A stretch of 62,871 bases of DNA, counting the filler, from Octopus bimaculoides (taxonomy: Eukaryota), in NCBI RefSeq assembly GCF_001194135.2. It is 6 parts of 6 records of this genome, joined end to end, with 100 filler letters (N's around TTAATTAATTAA, not from the genome) between each part and the next. Parts side by side here need not be neighbours in the genome. Positions count along the whole stretch, not along the records: positions 1 to 14,615 come from NW_026363521.1; positions 14,716 to 30,415 come from NC_068990.1; 4 more parts are not named here. One strand, written 5' to 3'. The notes under the pieces are model-generated. The model searched no databases and was not told the origin of the DNA. It saw nothing but the letters and a program-made list of their open reading frames with translations. The translations under genes and the position numbers were made by a program. This document shows, one piece after another, positions 12,450-25,684 of the stretch (within the stretch, counting starts at the first letter, position 1; every line of letters begins with the position of its first letter).

Positions 12450-13150
12450 AAGGAACTCTCTTAAATAAAACCCGAGGCCTCCAGTATTGTGAAATCACCT
12501 TCTTGTAAACCTGCATAGACGGCCGCCGCTAACCAGGTAATGGATATTTCTGGCGGCACATTCAGAACACTAATCTTGGCAAGACGTTGGCCGCGACAGC
12601 TGGGGATTAAGAAAAAGTTGTCATTCCTTCTTCTTTCATCCCAAATCTCACCTCAATGGTTCCAAACTTCTTTCCTCGGGTGATGTGGGTCTTTTGTTAC
12701 CAAACGCACCCAAGGCATTTTTTTACTTTACTCTCAGGAGCATTTCCCACCTGCCGAGACTTGACTCCAATGCAATGGTATGTTACCGTGCATCTTGCGA
12801 TATTTTCTATCACGTCGGATGGAGTGTTTAGAGCTACCCTTCCCCCATCTCACAATTTTTCTTGCCAATTTCAGTTCTTCTTCATCTATGAGGAAGCTTT
12901 CCATATTTCTCGCCGCTCATGCAAATGACGCAGAGGCGATATTTGCATTTTTATGTTTAATTTCTTTCGTATTGTTGTTGTTGCTGTCACTACTGCTGCT
13001 GCTGTTGTTGTTGTTCTCGTTGTCCACCGAAAGTTTTGACGTTGCTTAGAGACGAAACATTTTCCGCCTCGGTGAGGTCATTAAGTTTAGACCATTCGAT
13101 ACTGATATTCTGAATTCTTTCCTTGTTCTCAAAATTTTCTCCCCAAGGGA
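12450..13150 (-). mobile_element. Degenerate ORF1-like retroelement fragment
   Basis: Stop-riddled frame EEELKLARKIVRWGRV...APESKVKKCL...RGKKFGTIEVRF, then VPPEISITWLAAA. The assignment is from memory of similar repeats only. Confidence 0.3.
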
Positions 13151-13444
13151 TGCGTTCCTTTATCGAACATTAGGATGACTTCTTTATCAGCCATACAGAA
13201 AATTGCAAAATATTTTTTTTTGCCGAAAGCAGTTACAATTCAAAAAATTATTTAAGCGCACCCCCTGCAAAACAGCAGGCGTTTCTACATTAAAAACACT
13301 ATCTGCGCAGTCCAGGCAATCTCAGAAATGTAATGGTAACAATAGAAATGAAAAGATGGGACCTTAGAAGGCCGAAAAGCTTACAAACACTTTTTCAACT
13401 TACAGAGCACCAAATTTCCGTCAGTTCACAGTATGGCGGTCATG

Positions 13445-13517
<73 letters not shown>

Positions 13518-13529
13518 TGATGATGATGA

Positions 13530-14300
13530 TGATTATAATGATTATGAGAAGGCGTTGCATGGTAGATTCCTAAAGATAGCTTAAGCAAATAGTAGTAGTG
13601 AGACATGGTTATGGCTGCAGAAGGGAAAGCTGAAGAGACAGAAAGTTTGTTAGTAGCTGCAGAAGATCAAGCATTAAGGACTAATTGCATAAAAGCCAAA
13701 AGAGTAAAAAACCAAGTAGATTCCCAATGTAGATTATGTAAATCAAAAGAGGAAAGCGTTACTCATGTAGTAAGTGAATGTAGCATGCTGGCACAGAAAG
13801 AATACAAGAAAAGATATGACAATCTAGGGAGAGTAATCCATCGGGAGCTTTGTAGAAAGCTAGGATTTGAACCTACTGATAAATGGTATGAACATGAACC
13901 TAGTAAAGTACGAGAAAGTAAGAAGTACAAGATGTTGTGGGATTTCAACATTCAGACTGACAGAGTAATAGAAGCTAGAAGGCCTGGTTTGGTAGTAGTA
14001 GATAAAGAGAATAGAAAGTACCAGATAATTGACTTTACAGTCCCAAATGATGAAAACATTAATATGAGAAGTATAGAAGAAATAGCAAAGTACCAGGACC
14101 TCGCTATTGAATTACAGAGACTATGGAAAGTGCGGGTAAAATGTATCCTAGTAGTTAGAGATTCATTCGGTATTATCCCTAAAGATCTGAACAAATGGAT
14201 AGAGGAAATAGGCATAAAACCCAGTACATTCTGCAGAAAACAGTGTTACTATGGACAGCTAAGATACTTAGGAGGGTTCTTGACATCTAAGATTACTTGT
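13530..14300 (+). mobile_element. R4/Dong-like element C-terminal region: CCHC zinc finger and restriction-like endonuclease
   Basis: ALHGRF...ESLLVAAEDQALRT...CRLCKSKEESVTHVVSEC...WDFNIQTDRVIEARRPGLVVVDK...IIDFTVP...KYQDLAIEL. Directly preceded by (AAT)n at 13445-13515. Confidence 0.88.
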
Positions 14301-14376
14301 TGTAGCCCGATGATAGAATTCTTTTTTTCTTTTCCAACAACAAGATCAACTAAATATTGATCCCTGTCTTTCACAG

Positions 14377-14588
14377 ATACAGAATCGAAAAACCTGCAAT
14401 TTGAAGAACATTACTTGTTATTGTTACTCGTGTCCAGTATTTTCTTTGCCGCCATTTTACATCCACGCGATAGTTTGATGGTATTTCTCGGTCTGTTCTA
14501 CGTGTTCATAATTCCAACCATGCACATTCTGCTTCCGGTTTACTCCATCAGCAACATTGTAGATCAAAGCTGGGGGACAAGGGATGGC
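14377..14588 (+). CDS. CHS: Chitin synthase exon G (AAILHP...SWGTRD); gene truncated by the scaffold end at 14615
   Basis: tttcacAG/GTgagt boundaries, phase 1 to 0. Reads FFAAILHP...IPTMHILLPVYSISNIVDQSWGTRDG. Confidence 0.92.
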
Positions 14589-14615
14589 GTGAGTATATTT
14601 ATTTCAAATCGTTTT

Positions 14616-14715
14616 NNNNNNNNNNNNNNNNNNNNNNNNNNNNNNNNNNNNNNNNNNNNTTAATTAATTAANNNNNNNNNNNNNNNNNNNNNNNNNNNNN
14701 NNNNNNNNNNNNNNN
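14616..14715. other. Artificial scaffold spacer (44N-TTAATTAATTAA-44N)
   Basis: Identical 100-bp construct appears five times. The 12-mer gives stops in all six frames. Confidence 0.95.
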
Positions 14716-14762
<47 letters not shown>

Positions 14763-15279
14763 TGTATGTATGTATATATATGTATGCATCTTTGTATATT
14801 CTGACTATAAAAAGAATAATGAAACTATTTACAAAATTCTTGTGCTTGGAAATCTGACATGAAAAAGAATATTTCATTTTACGCAATGAAATTGATCTGC
14901 ATCTACATACATATGAGTGGGTGTATGTATGCATGTATGTGTGTGTATGTATGTGTGTGTATGCATGTATGTATTATGTATGTATGTATGTATGTGTATG
15001 TATTATGTATGTATTATGTATGTATGTGTGTATGTATGTATGTATTACGTATGTACTTATATATGCATGTATTTATTACGTATGTATGTGTATGTATGTA
15101 TTATGTATGTATTTATACATGTATGCATTATTATACATGCATGTATGTATGTATGTATTATGTAAGAATGCATGTGTATGTATGTATGTGTGTGTATGTA
15201 TGAGTGTATGTATGTATGTATTACGTATGTATTTATATCTGTATGTATTTATTATGTATGTATACATGTATTACGTATG

Positions 15280-15312
<33 letters not shown>

Positions 15313-15590
15313 TTATTATGCCTATATATATGTGTATGTATGTATGAGTGTATGTATGTATTACGTATGTATTTATATATGTATGTATTTATTATGTATG
15401 TATGTGTGTATTTATGTGTATATATATATATATCTATTATGTAAGTATGTATCTGTGTATTTATGTGTATCTATGCATTATGTAAGTATGTGTGTATGTA
15501 TGCATGTATGTATTACGTATGTATTTATATATGTATGCATTTATTATGTATGTGTGTATGTATTATGTATGTAAACATATACATGCGTAT
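14716..15590. repeat. Degenerate (TATG)n/(TG)n compound microsatellite
   Basis: Direct inspection. Confidence 0.9.
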
Positions 15591-16639
15591 TTACTTGCGT
15601 ACAAGTGTTCTAAACAGTCCTTTGCTTATCTCACTCCGGAAGATGATAAAGTAAGCATTTATCATTCCAGTATAAACGGCTACACAGTCCCTGAAAGGGA
15701 TAGGGAGTTACATAAAAGGTCCAATTATTATCCTCAATTTCATAGTATGGTATGATTGCTAAATATCCCCATTCGCCGCTCTTCACTTCAATCTGATCAG
15801 AACATTGACCTGCAAGATCTCGTATATTTAACGTGAACTAAAGCGAGTGGAAGAATCACTAATTTATGCGAATTGTAGATTTATGAGGTGTTGGGTTATA
15901 ATCGTATGCTGCCGCTTACGTTCTGAGAAACATTGAAAAAGAAATTTTGCATTCAGCATGTGAGACATACAGATTAGACACGAGTTCAGTGCAATGAATA
16001 CAGTTAAATGAAAGAAGCACATTGCATTGGATTCAAACTTGTTTGAGAGTGTATTACTTCATCCAATCAGATATTTCGTCTTCATATGGACGTATAGTAG
16101 TATGTCATATAATTATTTTAACAAGATACCGACACAGGTTAGACTCCAGTTTATGTAAGATAGTTGAGTGACATGAATGTCGGCAAAACATGACTACACA
16201 ACACTGGAATCGATCTCAAAATCTGTTAGAGAGTCCGTTACATAATTCACCACATTTCCATTGTCATTGTTTTCACGAGATGAGTTTATAGTTCAATGAT
16301 AACGTATCTAGTTCTGTTCTTTCTTTATTTTCTATTTTACTTCGCGTGAATTTTTTTTATTTTTTTATTTATTCTTCAGAAAGGAGTTGTACCCTCGGAG
16401 ACCAGGAAAGTCGAACTTTTAATTATCCATTCTTTTTCACAGAAATTCCCTGATTTACTCTGTGCAGGGGCACTGCTTCTGAGCAATAACACAGGCTATT
16501 CTGGTCACCTTTATGCCGATGGTTACAATGACACAGAGTGTCTTCAATTCCGAAGAAATATATACAGTACAAGCGGATGGTTACTGGCAGAAACAATAAG
16601 GAAAATAGTGGAATAAGTCGTCGTCGTCTGACAAAGTGA

Positions 16640-16855
16640 ATATTCTTTTCTATTCAAGGCACAAAATTTTTAGGGAGGGGGGGGCCAGTCGATTAGATCG
16701 ACCCCAGTACACAACTGGTACATGTTTAATCGATTCCGAAAGGATGAAAGGCAAAGTCGATCTCGGCGGAATTTGAACTCAGAACGAAGCGGCAGGCGAA
16801 ATGCCGCTAAGCATTTCGCCTGGCGTGCTAACGATTCTGCCAGCTCGCCACCTTA
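16640..16855 (-). mobile_element. SINE family A, near full length
   Basis: Reverse complement of the copy at 54355-54575. Confidence 0.85.
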
Positions 16856-18649
16856 TGACAAAGTGAATATTGCTCGAGGTATTTATTTCAGATTACGAAT
16901 TAGTAATTGAGACACTTAACTGGATGTGTAAATTTCCAGAACATGACTGGAATATATTTATCTACCAAAAAGAGGAGTTAAAGGCAAATCTAACTTCTGT
17001 AAGATTTGAACCCCGAAAGAAACTATACGTAGCTAACTAATGTTTCTGCAACTGCAATGCCACTCGTTATGAGTAATACTGAGTTCTAATATTGGTATAA
17101 CTTCTTCCGCCTTGGATGACTTTGCCTTTCATACTTTCGGGATCGATAAAATAAGTATCAGTTGAGCGCTGGAGTTAATGTAATCGATTTATTCCCTCCC
17201 CTGAAATTGCTGTCTTTCTGCCAAAATTTGAAACCTGTATTGGTACATGTCCCAAGTTTTCTAGCAGGGGAGATCATTGGGAATGGGATGAAACCCATCT
17301 CTTGATTGAGAGTTTATTTTATCGACCTCCGGAAGTGATGTAAAGCGTTGCTGAACAATGTTTGCTGTCGCAACACCACTCGTTATGAGTAATATTGTTT
17401 TCTAAGATTAGCACAAACCCCATATTTTATTTATAGAAAGATACAGTGGAAGACGATCCAATTAGTTGACTGGATGGGAGTTACTTTATCGAGCTCCGTA
17501 GGGCGTAATGTGAAGTTGATCCAGGTAGCATTCGAACTCAGAACATGAAGAGACGCTACTAAACACCACGAGGACATTGTGTCTGGAAGGTATTTAGTTC
17601 GGCATTCTACTGTTTATCTGTCATTCCACCCGCCCAGTTACTATAAATAGTAAGTAGACAAGGAAAGAAAATATAAGATACGGAAAGGAAATGCCTGTTT
17701 TAGAAGAAATAAATATCTGGGTTTTATCTGACTGCCAACTAAGCGAGTTTTCTGAATGAGAGGGTAACACCCATCCAGTTATGTAAGCGTAGGATAATAA
17801 TGTAGCTGAAAAGCAATGAAGATGACAAATTCTATATACGTAGCAGACGACTTATTTCCTTGTACACTTTATATTATGCAGTCTTATTAAAAATTCGTAA
17901 GAAATTTGATGGGGTGGAGGAGGCTTTCAAATACATACATACATACATACATACATACACACACACACATACATACATACATACATACATACACATACAC
18001 ATATACATTCATAAGTGTTTATTTATGTTTGTGTGTGCATGTATGCATTTTTGTGTGTATATATATACATATACATATATATGTATACATACATACATAC
18101 TTACACATTCACACACAAACAAACACGCGTACGCACGCACGCGCGTACACACATACACACACACATGTATATATGGACACATTTCTTTGTTTGCAAATGG
18201 CCGAGCGCACCCAGATCTGTTACCGTTGTTGTTTAGCCTCAGTACGCCATTACGGATCACTCTTGTTACACGTAGCAGACCAATGTATTAGAGTGCGTTC
18301 AATAATAAGGACTTCTTGCATTTTCTCGATTGCCTAGTGTGTCCTGCTCAATGAAATATAACACACGTCGATGGGCTGGCCACAGACACCGTGCAACAAA
18401 CACACCGTTTCTCTGCCTAATTGAGAACTGCATTATTGTTTCCTGAATGTACTGCTTTATCATGTAGAAAACAGTGTGTGAGGCAAAACATGTACTTTCT
18501 AAACCGTTCAGTGTGTTTTTGGATTATAGGGAGTTCTGTTCATTTTCAGAGCGCAAGCGGGAAAAGCAGATATGGTCTGGCTACGACAGTTTATATTCTT
18601 ATTCCTATTTCCGGTGAAGACTGATCCTACTCATCATACAAAATACTTC

Positions 18650-19100
18650 AGCGTTCATCAATAACTGATACCCAACACAGTTCAATAAAGTATTGTTCCT
18701 ACAATGGAGTATTGCTCCCACATCTAAGACAGTGCTACTGTAAATGCTGACAACTTAGACCACATTCAGATAAAATCCACCTTCCAGTCCCTGAACAACA
18801 GGCGTGCCCTCTCTTGCCATTGTCTGTTTCTTCAAGTTGGCTCTTTTGTTCCTCCTCCATTCATGCATTCGCGACCCAGTCGCTCCCCGTCTTTATCCTT
18901 GTTGTGTCCAACCCCACCCAGGACCCTTACTAACCACTACGACTATTCCCTCCACCCCAGAACCTCGGTCCTTCAGAGTCTGTTCCCTGCTCGTGTTTTG
19001 CCTACAAATGTCGACTTGCAACAATTTAAATGGGGCATTAAAAGCATCAGTCGAAGAATCAATATCACCGGTCTCCGTGGATTTGCAAATCTCATGGGTA
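18650..19100 (+). mobile_element. Degenerate 3' ORF2 fragment of a CR1/L2/Jockey-type LINE
   Basis: PTMEYCSHI*DSA...LDHIQ...SLNNRR...LQSLFPA...NVDLQQFK matches the post-RT thumb and C-terminal pattern. Confidence 0.6.
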
Positions 19101-19499
19101 CCACAGCCAGGAAGTAAAAAGTAACAATCAACATGAAAAAAAAAATGTCCGTGTACCATAATGTTACAAACACAGAATACACTACCATGTGGTTTACAGA
19201 ACATGAATATGTGCACGAGTGGGTTGCATCTGTAGCAGCGCAGAAGCTTGTGTCATTCATCAGAACATTTATTTACATTTCAACACAGTACGACAATTGT
19301 AAACAAATTGACGACAATGTTTCCTACTCTAAAGAGAGATCAACAGAAAAGCAATGGAAAACTAAATAGTGTCAGTTTTCAAACGGAACAAACTTACTCG
19401 GGATCAAGTATGGGTTATCACATGCCCCACGCTTTTTTGCTAATTGTTTTAAGTGCCTATGTTGTCGTGATCATACATAGACACCCACTTGATCCTTCA

Positions 19500-19685
19500 T
19501 CTTTCACCCAACGGAGGAAGAAGAGGTCTTCCCCAGCAGTTGACTGGTATCCATTTACAGCTGCTGAGTAGACTAGCTTAATGCAAAGTGAAGTGTCTTT
19601 CTCGAGAGCGCAATGCGACCACCAGTCCAGGAATCTTACGATCGTGAGCTAAACACCCCTTGCGACTAAACCACGCACCTTCACA
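19500..19685 (-). mobile_element. tRNA-derived SINE head, degenerate
   Basis: Homologous to the copies at 58770-59078. Confidence 0.5.
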
Positions 19686-22266
19686 ATTAAAAATAATACA
19701 AAATAAGTGAAATGTCTTTTGGAACACGTTTATATCGCGAGCAAGTAATACATGAACCGTTATTATTCAGCGAAAGGTTTTGTGAGCTGTATTGTCGTTG
19801 CGTTTGAAAGAAAGCTGCTCTTTTGACTTGGTAGCTACGCTCACGTTGATTCGTTGGAAACGAGATGGTTATCATTGAGATCAGGTTTAGAACAACATTT
19901 AAAATTGTTGAGTATCACTATGTAGACGGTAACTGGTTGTGAGAACGGTATGAATTTTGAAACGAACTGAACGGTAGCAGTCTGTGTAGTCTGGTCGTAG
20001 TAATACCAGTAAAGTTGGAAGACCATCGAAATGGAAAGGATAATGTCCCTCACAGACCAGCAAATGGTCTGCTGGCAACGAAACAATTCTTGTTTGTTAA
20101 TTAGAATATCTGTGTTATTTATTGGCTGAAAGGTCTCAGCAGCTCATTTTTACCTCGCTGTGTAATTTCCGGCGCCAAAACAATGAACACGAAAACTGCG
20201 ATGGTTGATTGGTAAAAAAAAAATCACTTAGTGAGCGTAGTCCGTCCGCAAAGGCGGACTACGCTCACTAAGGAAAATCTGAATGACTGAAAATAACTAA
20301 GAAAGTAAAAGAATAGTAGTGTAACATGTTCTCTACTCTGTGTGTGGATTATAATCTGAAGGTAATCGACGATCACGAACGAATACAGTACAAGCAAAGT
20401 AAAATGCACAGTCATATTCTTTGTTTGCAGTGCATTATATCCATGGAGATATTTCTCTGGTGTGGCATTATATCCATGGAGATATTTCTCTGGTGTCTTG
20501 GAGATAAGCACTAAGCGATGGTACTAAAGCTATGGTCATTAGAATATTTTGAAATACACAATGATTAAAAGAATATAGAAGTTAAAAATTTTCAAAGACA
20601 TTGGCGACGAAACTTTTTCTTAAAGAAACTTTGCCTTGCTTTACTTTTTGTTTTTTCATTTTTTCTACGTTACTTTCTTTTTATCTAATGTAAATATATT
20701 CTTCAGAATTTAGAACCATCAACAAAAAATTTCTAAAATAAGAATTCTAAAATAAAATATCAATGAATAAAGAAATGTATATATATATATATATATATAT
20801 TTCAGAAAATATATGAAATAAATAAAGCTAAGCATTTCCTAAAATATTAAAATAGCTTCCTTCTGTAAACACCATTTTCCTCCGGATCTAACATTAGTCA
20901 TCACGTTGATGTATATGTGTGTGTGTGTGTGTTTACATGCATACATGCACACACATATGTATACACATGTCTATGTATGTACACACACGCACACATACAC
21001 ATACTTCAGTTACTTGTCCATAAGTCACAAAAATTCACGCTCTAAAAGAGAAATAGAACGGTTTATAGATGTATATCGTGAAGCTGTATATTTTTTGTTA
21101 TGGCATATAACCGACCAGAATATTACCGAGGCTTTCGCGTTGACTATTGCACTTGGCAATATTGGTTCCATAGCTGAAATGCCTTTGATTATAAATCTAC
21201 TCGGTGGTTACTTACCCGAGGCTAAACAGCAAAGAAGGGGGAGAGGGGTGAGGGGAGGGGAGAAGAGGNNNNNNNNNNNNNNNNNNNNNNNNNNNNNNNN
21301 NNNNNNNNNNNNNNNNNNNNNNNNNNNNNNNNNNNNNNNNNNNNNNNNNNNNNNNNNNNNNNNNNNNNNNNNNNNNNNNNNNNNNNNNNNNNNNNNNNNN
21401 NNNNNNNNNNNNNNNNNNNNNNNNNNNNNNNNNNNNNNNNNNNNNNNNNNNNNNNNNNNNNNNNNNNNNNNNNNNNNNNNNNNNNNNNNNNNNNNNNNNN
21501 NNNNNNNNNNNNNNNNNNNNNNNNNNNNNNNNNNNNNNNNNNNNNNNNNNNNNNNNNNNNNNNNNNNNNNNNNNNNNNNNNNNNNNNNNNNNNNNNNNNN
21601 NNNNNNNNNNNNNNNNNNNNNNNNNNNNNNNNNNNNNNNNNNNNNNNNNNNNNNNNNNNNNNNNNNNNNNNNNNNNNNNNNNNNNNNNNNNNNNNNNNNN
21701 NNNNNNNNNNNNNNNNNNNNNNNNNNNNNNNNNNNNNNNNNNNNNNNNNNNNNNNNNNNNNNNNNNNNNNNNNNNNNNNNNNNNNNNNNNNNNNNNNNNN
21801 NNNNNNNNNNNNNNNNNNNNNNNNNNNNNNNNNNNNNNNNNNNNNNNNNNNNNNNNNNNNNNNNNNNNNNNNNNNNNNNNNNNNNNNNNNNNNNNNNNNN
21901 NNNNNNNNNNNNNNNNNNNNNNNNNNNNNNNNNNNNNNNNNNNNNNNNNNNNNNNNNNNNNNNNNNNNNNNNNNNNNNNNNNNNNNNNNNNNNNNNNNNN
22001 NNNNNNNNNNNNNNNNNNNNNNNNNNNNNNNNNNNNNNNNNNNNNNNNNNNNNNNNNNNNNNNNNNNNNNNNNNNNNNNNNNNNNNNNNNNNNNNNNNNN
22101 NNNNNNNNNNNNNNNNNNNNNNNNNNNNNNNNNNNNNNNNNNNNNNNNNNNNNNNNNNNNNNNNNNNNNNNNNNNNNNNNNNNNNNNNNNNNNNNNNNNN
22201 NNNNNNNNNNNNNNNNNNNNNNNNNNNNNNNNNNNNNNNNNNNNNNNNNNNNNNNNNNNNNNNNNN

Positions 22267-22311
<45 letters not shown>

Positions 22312-22794
22312 AATAGTTACTGGATTATGTAACCCGTTGCTATATATGGCAGGAATATGGTATTGATGAATAGGTGTTGGTGTTGGCGATGTGTCTTTTC
22401 GATGCTTGCTTCTTTGGAACACAATGATTGGAGCACTTCTGGTTCATCTAATAATGTCTGCTGTTGTTGTTGCTGTTGCTGCTGTTGTGTAGCTCCAGTT
22501 CAACACTCGATGACGAAATCTATAGCCAAAGACGTTCCACTTTATTAACAATACGTCTTTGTAAGACTATATTATCAAATGTTACAGAGAGGGGCATTTG
22601 GAATTGAATACTGCTTTTGTTGCACATAACGAGTTTTTATTTAGCCGATCGGTTAACCGCAACATCAGTGAATTTTCATTATGTGTCCTTGCTATAAGTA
22701 GCGATGTATTTTGTCTTAACATGCGGTGGACAGAGAAAACAAGCTACAAGTAAAGCATAACGAGACAGTAATGCGCATTTAGTATTCTCACCGC

Positions 22795-23005
22795 CACCGC
22801 TTCTTCTTCTTCGTCTTCTTCTTCTTCTTCTTCTTCTTCTTCTTCTTCTTCTTCTTCTTCTTCTTCTTCTTCTTCTTCTTCTTCTTCTTCTTCTTCGTCG
22901 TCGTCGTCGTCGTCGTCGTCTTCTTCTTCTTCTTCTTCTTCTTCTTCTTCTTCTTCTTCTTCATCGTCGTCGTCTTCTTCTTCTTCTACTGCTGCTGCTG
23001 CTGGA
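22795..23005. repeat. (CTT)n/(CGT)n/(GCT)n compound trinucleotide repeat
   Basis: Direct inspection. Confidence 0.95.
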
Positions 23006-23164
23006 CGAATTTCCTTAGCTATCGATATATTTACATTTTTAAATACAGTGAATCCCATAAGAGATATCATCTCTGGACAAATACTGCAGTTAATTTGCCT
23101 TCTTTTTGCGATGTATTTGCATTAAGTACAATACACGGGTGGCTATTTTAATCTAATGCTTGTT

Positions 23165-23468
23165 AGAGCTGGCGGAAACGTTAGCACGCTGGGCGAAATG
23201 CTTAGCGGTATTTCGTCTGTCTTTACGTTCTGAGTTCAAATCCCGCCGAGGTCGACTTTGCTTTTCATCCTGTCGGGGTCTGGCCCCCATCCCCAAAAAT
23301 TTCGGGCCTTGTGCCTAGAGTAGAAAAGATTCTCTTTGAGGCGGTGAGGTCGACTTTGCCTTTCATCTTTTCGGGGTCGATAAACTAAGTACCAGTTGCG
23401 TACTGGGGTCGATCTAATCGACTGGCCCCTCCCCAAAAATTTCGGGTTTTGTGCCTAGAGTAGAAAAT
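23165..23468 (+). mobile_element. Two tandem SINE family A copies (first internally deleted, second 5'-truncated)
   Basis: gaggtcgactttg... and ...gtgcctagagtagaaaa each occur twice. Confidence 0.85.
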
Positions 23469-24321
23469 AATAAATTTGTATTATTTATGCTAATGTACAA
23501 GTACCTGTATTTCATTTAATTATTTAAATAAATTTAATATTTGTTTAATCTGGAGGTGATCTGAGGTTCAGCAAAAAACAGTAATACAGAAAAAAAAACA
23601 GTAATCAGGGAAAATAACAGTAATCCGGAAAAGCTTTGGAACAAAAGGTCCCGGAAAATCGATGATGTCCCAATACTTAAAAGTTTGTAGTAACTTTAGA
23701 ATAATCGTCATCAACAGCCATATATTTCACAAGAAAATATATATAAATACTTCTCGAGGGTAGAAATCAGCACTTAAATATTTATATTTTATAAATATGG
23801 TTGAGTAACGGGTAATATTTAAATTTTCGGGCATTGAATAACTTCTAAGTGTAACATTCGTGAAAGTGGGCTGCCATTAAAATAAATAAATGAATAAATA
23901 AATAAATGAATAATTAAATAAATAAAATCGAAAAAACTCCTAGACTGCTTATTTTGCTATTATTGTTGTTTTACAACATTTTTGGAATATATGCTTCGTA
24001 ACTTACACTAAGGTCTAGGACTTTTGATTAAAAGATATAGGAGATATGTATGTGTGTGTGTGTGTATGTGTGTATGTATGTATGTATGTATGTATGTATT
24101 TATGTACGAATGCATGTATGCAAGCAAGGGGGTGTATTTATATGTTTGTGTATATGTGTGCGCATGAATTTTTTTTTTTTTTTTCATATTTGGAAATGTA
24201 TTGGTATATATAGAAGCTTATAAACACGTCTCATACATACATACATACATACATACATACATACATACATACTCATATCCCTATTCCTGATACGTTACAT
24301 ATATTGGTATAAGTGTATTTG

Positions 24322-24379
<58 letters not shown>

Positions 24380-24654
24380 TGCCTATATTTGTGACAGAAT
24401 CAGTGTTAACTTTCCCCTTTCATATACGTGTATGTACATGTGTGTGTGTGCGTGTTTATGTGTATGCGCGTGTGTGTGCCTCTGTGTGTGCACTGTATGC
24501 GTGTATGTGTGTACGTCTGTATGCGTTTGTATGAGTGCGAAAGTCTGAGTTATAAAAGTACACAACATATGACTAACATATATTCTATACATTCATGTAC
24601 AGCTAAAAATATATATCTTTGCCAGCCGTTTGTCGTAGGAGACCACGGATAGGT

Positions 24655-25026
24655 GCCTGGAAAGTTCCTCTATTTCTTTTAGAAAAACGTTGTCATCTGC
24701 TGGTATTGATACATCAATTAGAAAGCATTTTTTTTTCTTTATGATCTCTGACGACTATATATGGCCTATTGGCCTTAATTTCTCTATCTGTGTATATTGG
24801 CATATCCCATAGTATGGTTGCTTTCTCGTTTTCTGTGACCTTTTCTGGCGTGTGCCTATACCATCTTTTTTCTGTTGCTATTCCATAGTGTTGGCATAGC
24901 TTCCAGCGTATATAGGTCCCAACTCTGTCTTAGCCAGGACTGGGCAGCCAGAGATAATATGATTTATTGTTTCTTGTCCATCTCCACATATTCTGCAGTT
25001 ACTCGTTATGTTTCTTTTCATTATAT
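24655..25026 (-). mobile_element. R4/Dong-like element: CCHC finger and RLE region
   Basis: CRICGDGQETINHIISGCPVLAK...WKLCQHYG...WYRHTPEKV...ILWD...TDREIKANRP...FLIDVSIP, with small indels. Confidence 0.8.
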
Positions 25027-25419
25027 NNNNNNNNNNNNNNNNNNNNNNNNNNNNNNNNNNNNNNNNNNNNNNNNNNNNNNNNNNNNNNNNNNNNNNNNNN
25101 NNNNNNNNNNNNNNNNNNNNNNNNNNNNNNNNNNNNNNNNNNNNNNNNNNNNNNNNNNNNNNNNNNNNNNNNNNNNNNNNNNNNNNNNNNNNNNNNNNNN
25201 NNNNNNNNNNNNNNNNNNNNNNNNNNNNNNNNNNNNNNNNNNNNNNNNNNNNNNNNNNNNNNNNNNNNNNNNNNNNNNNNNNNNNNNNNNNNNNNNNNNN
25301 NNNNNNNNNNNNNNNNNNNNNNNNNNNNNNNNNNNNNNNNNNNNNNNNNNNNNNNNNNNNNNNNNNNNNNNNNNNNNNNNNNNNNNNNNNNNNNNNNNNN
25401 NNNNNNNNNNNNNNNNNNN

Positions 25420-25428
25420 TTCTTCTTC

Positions 25429-25487
<59 letters not shown>

Positions 25488-25645
25488 GTTCAGTAGTTTT
25501 ACTTTTATAACGTGCTTTCACTTAACTACCGAGCGCAGCTCTGTGCGCCTTGGGTATGTGCTGTGGTTTGCTGTGGTGCTTTTATGTTTACTGTATTGAA
25601 AGTGTTTTGCGTAGAATGTGTGCAGTACCCAGTAGTGCAATTTTC
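25420..25645 (-). mobile_element. 3' terminus of an R4/Dong-like element with 3' UTR and (AAT)n tail
   Basis: IQKIALLGTAHILRKTLSIQ*, about 100 nt of UTR, then (AAT)n. Confidence 0.8.
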
Positions 25646-25684
25646 TGTATGTTACATATATTATTATTATTATTATTATTATTT

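Noticed and set aside
15617-16615. Possible continuation exons of CHS (SFAYLTPEDDK; KFPDLLC...)
   Set aside because: They lie beyond a synthetic spacer and show no CHS C-terminal motif.
22744-23070. Poly-Glu/Asp ORF
   Set aside because: Product of a trinucleotide repeat with no splice or homology support.
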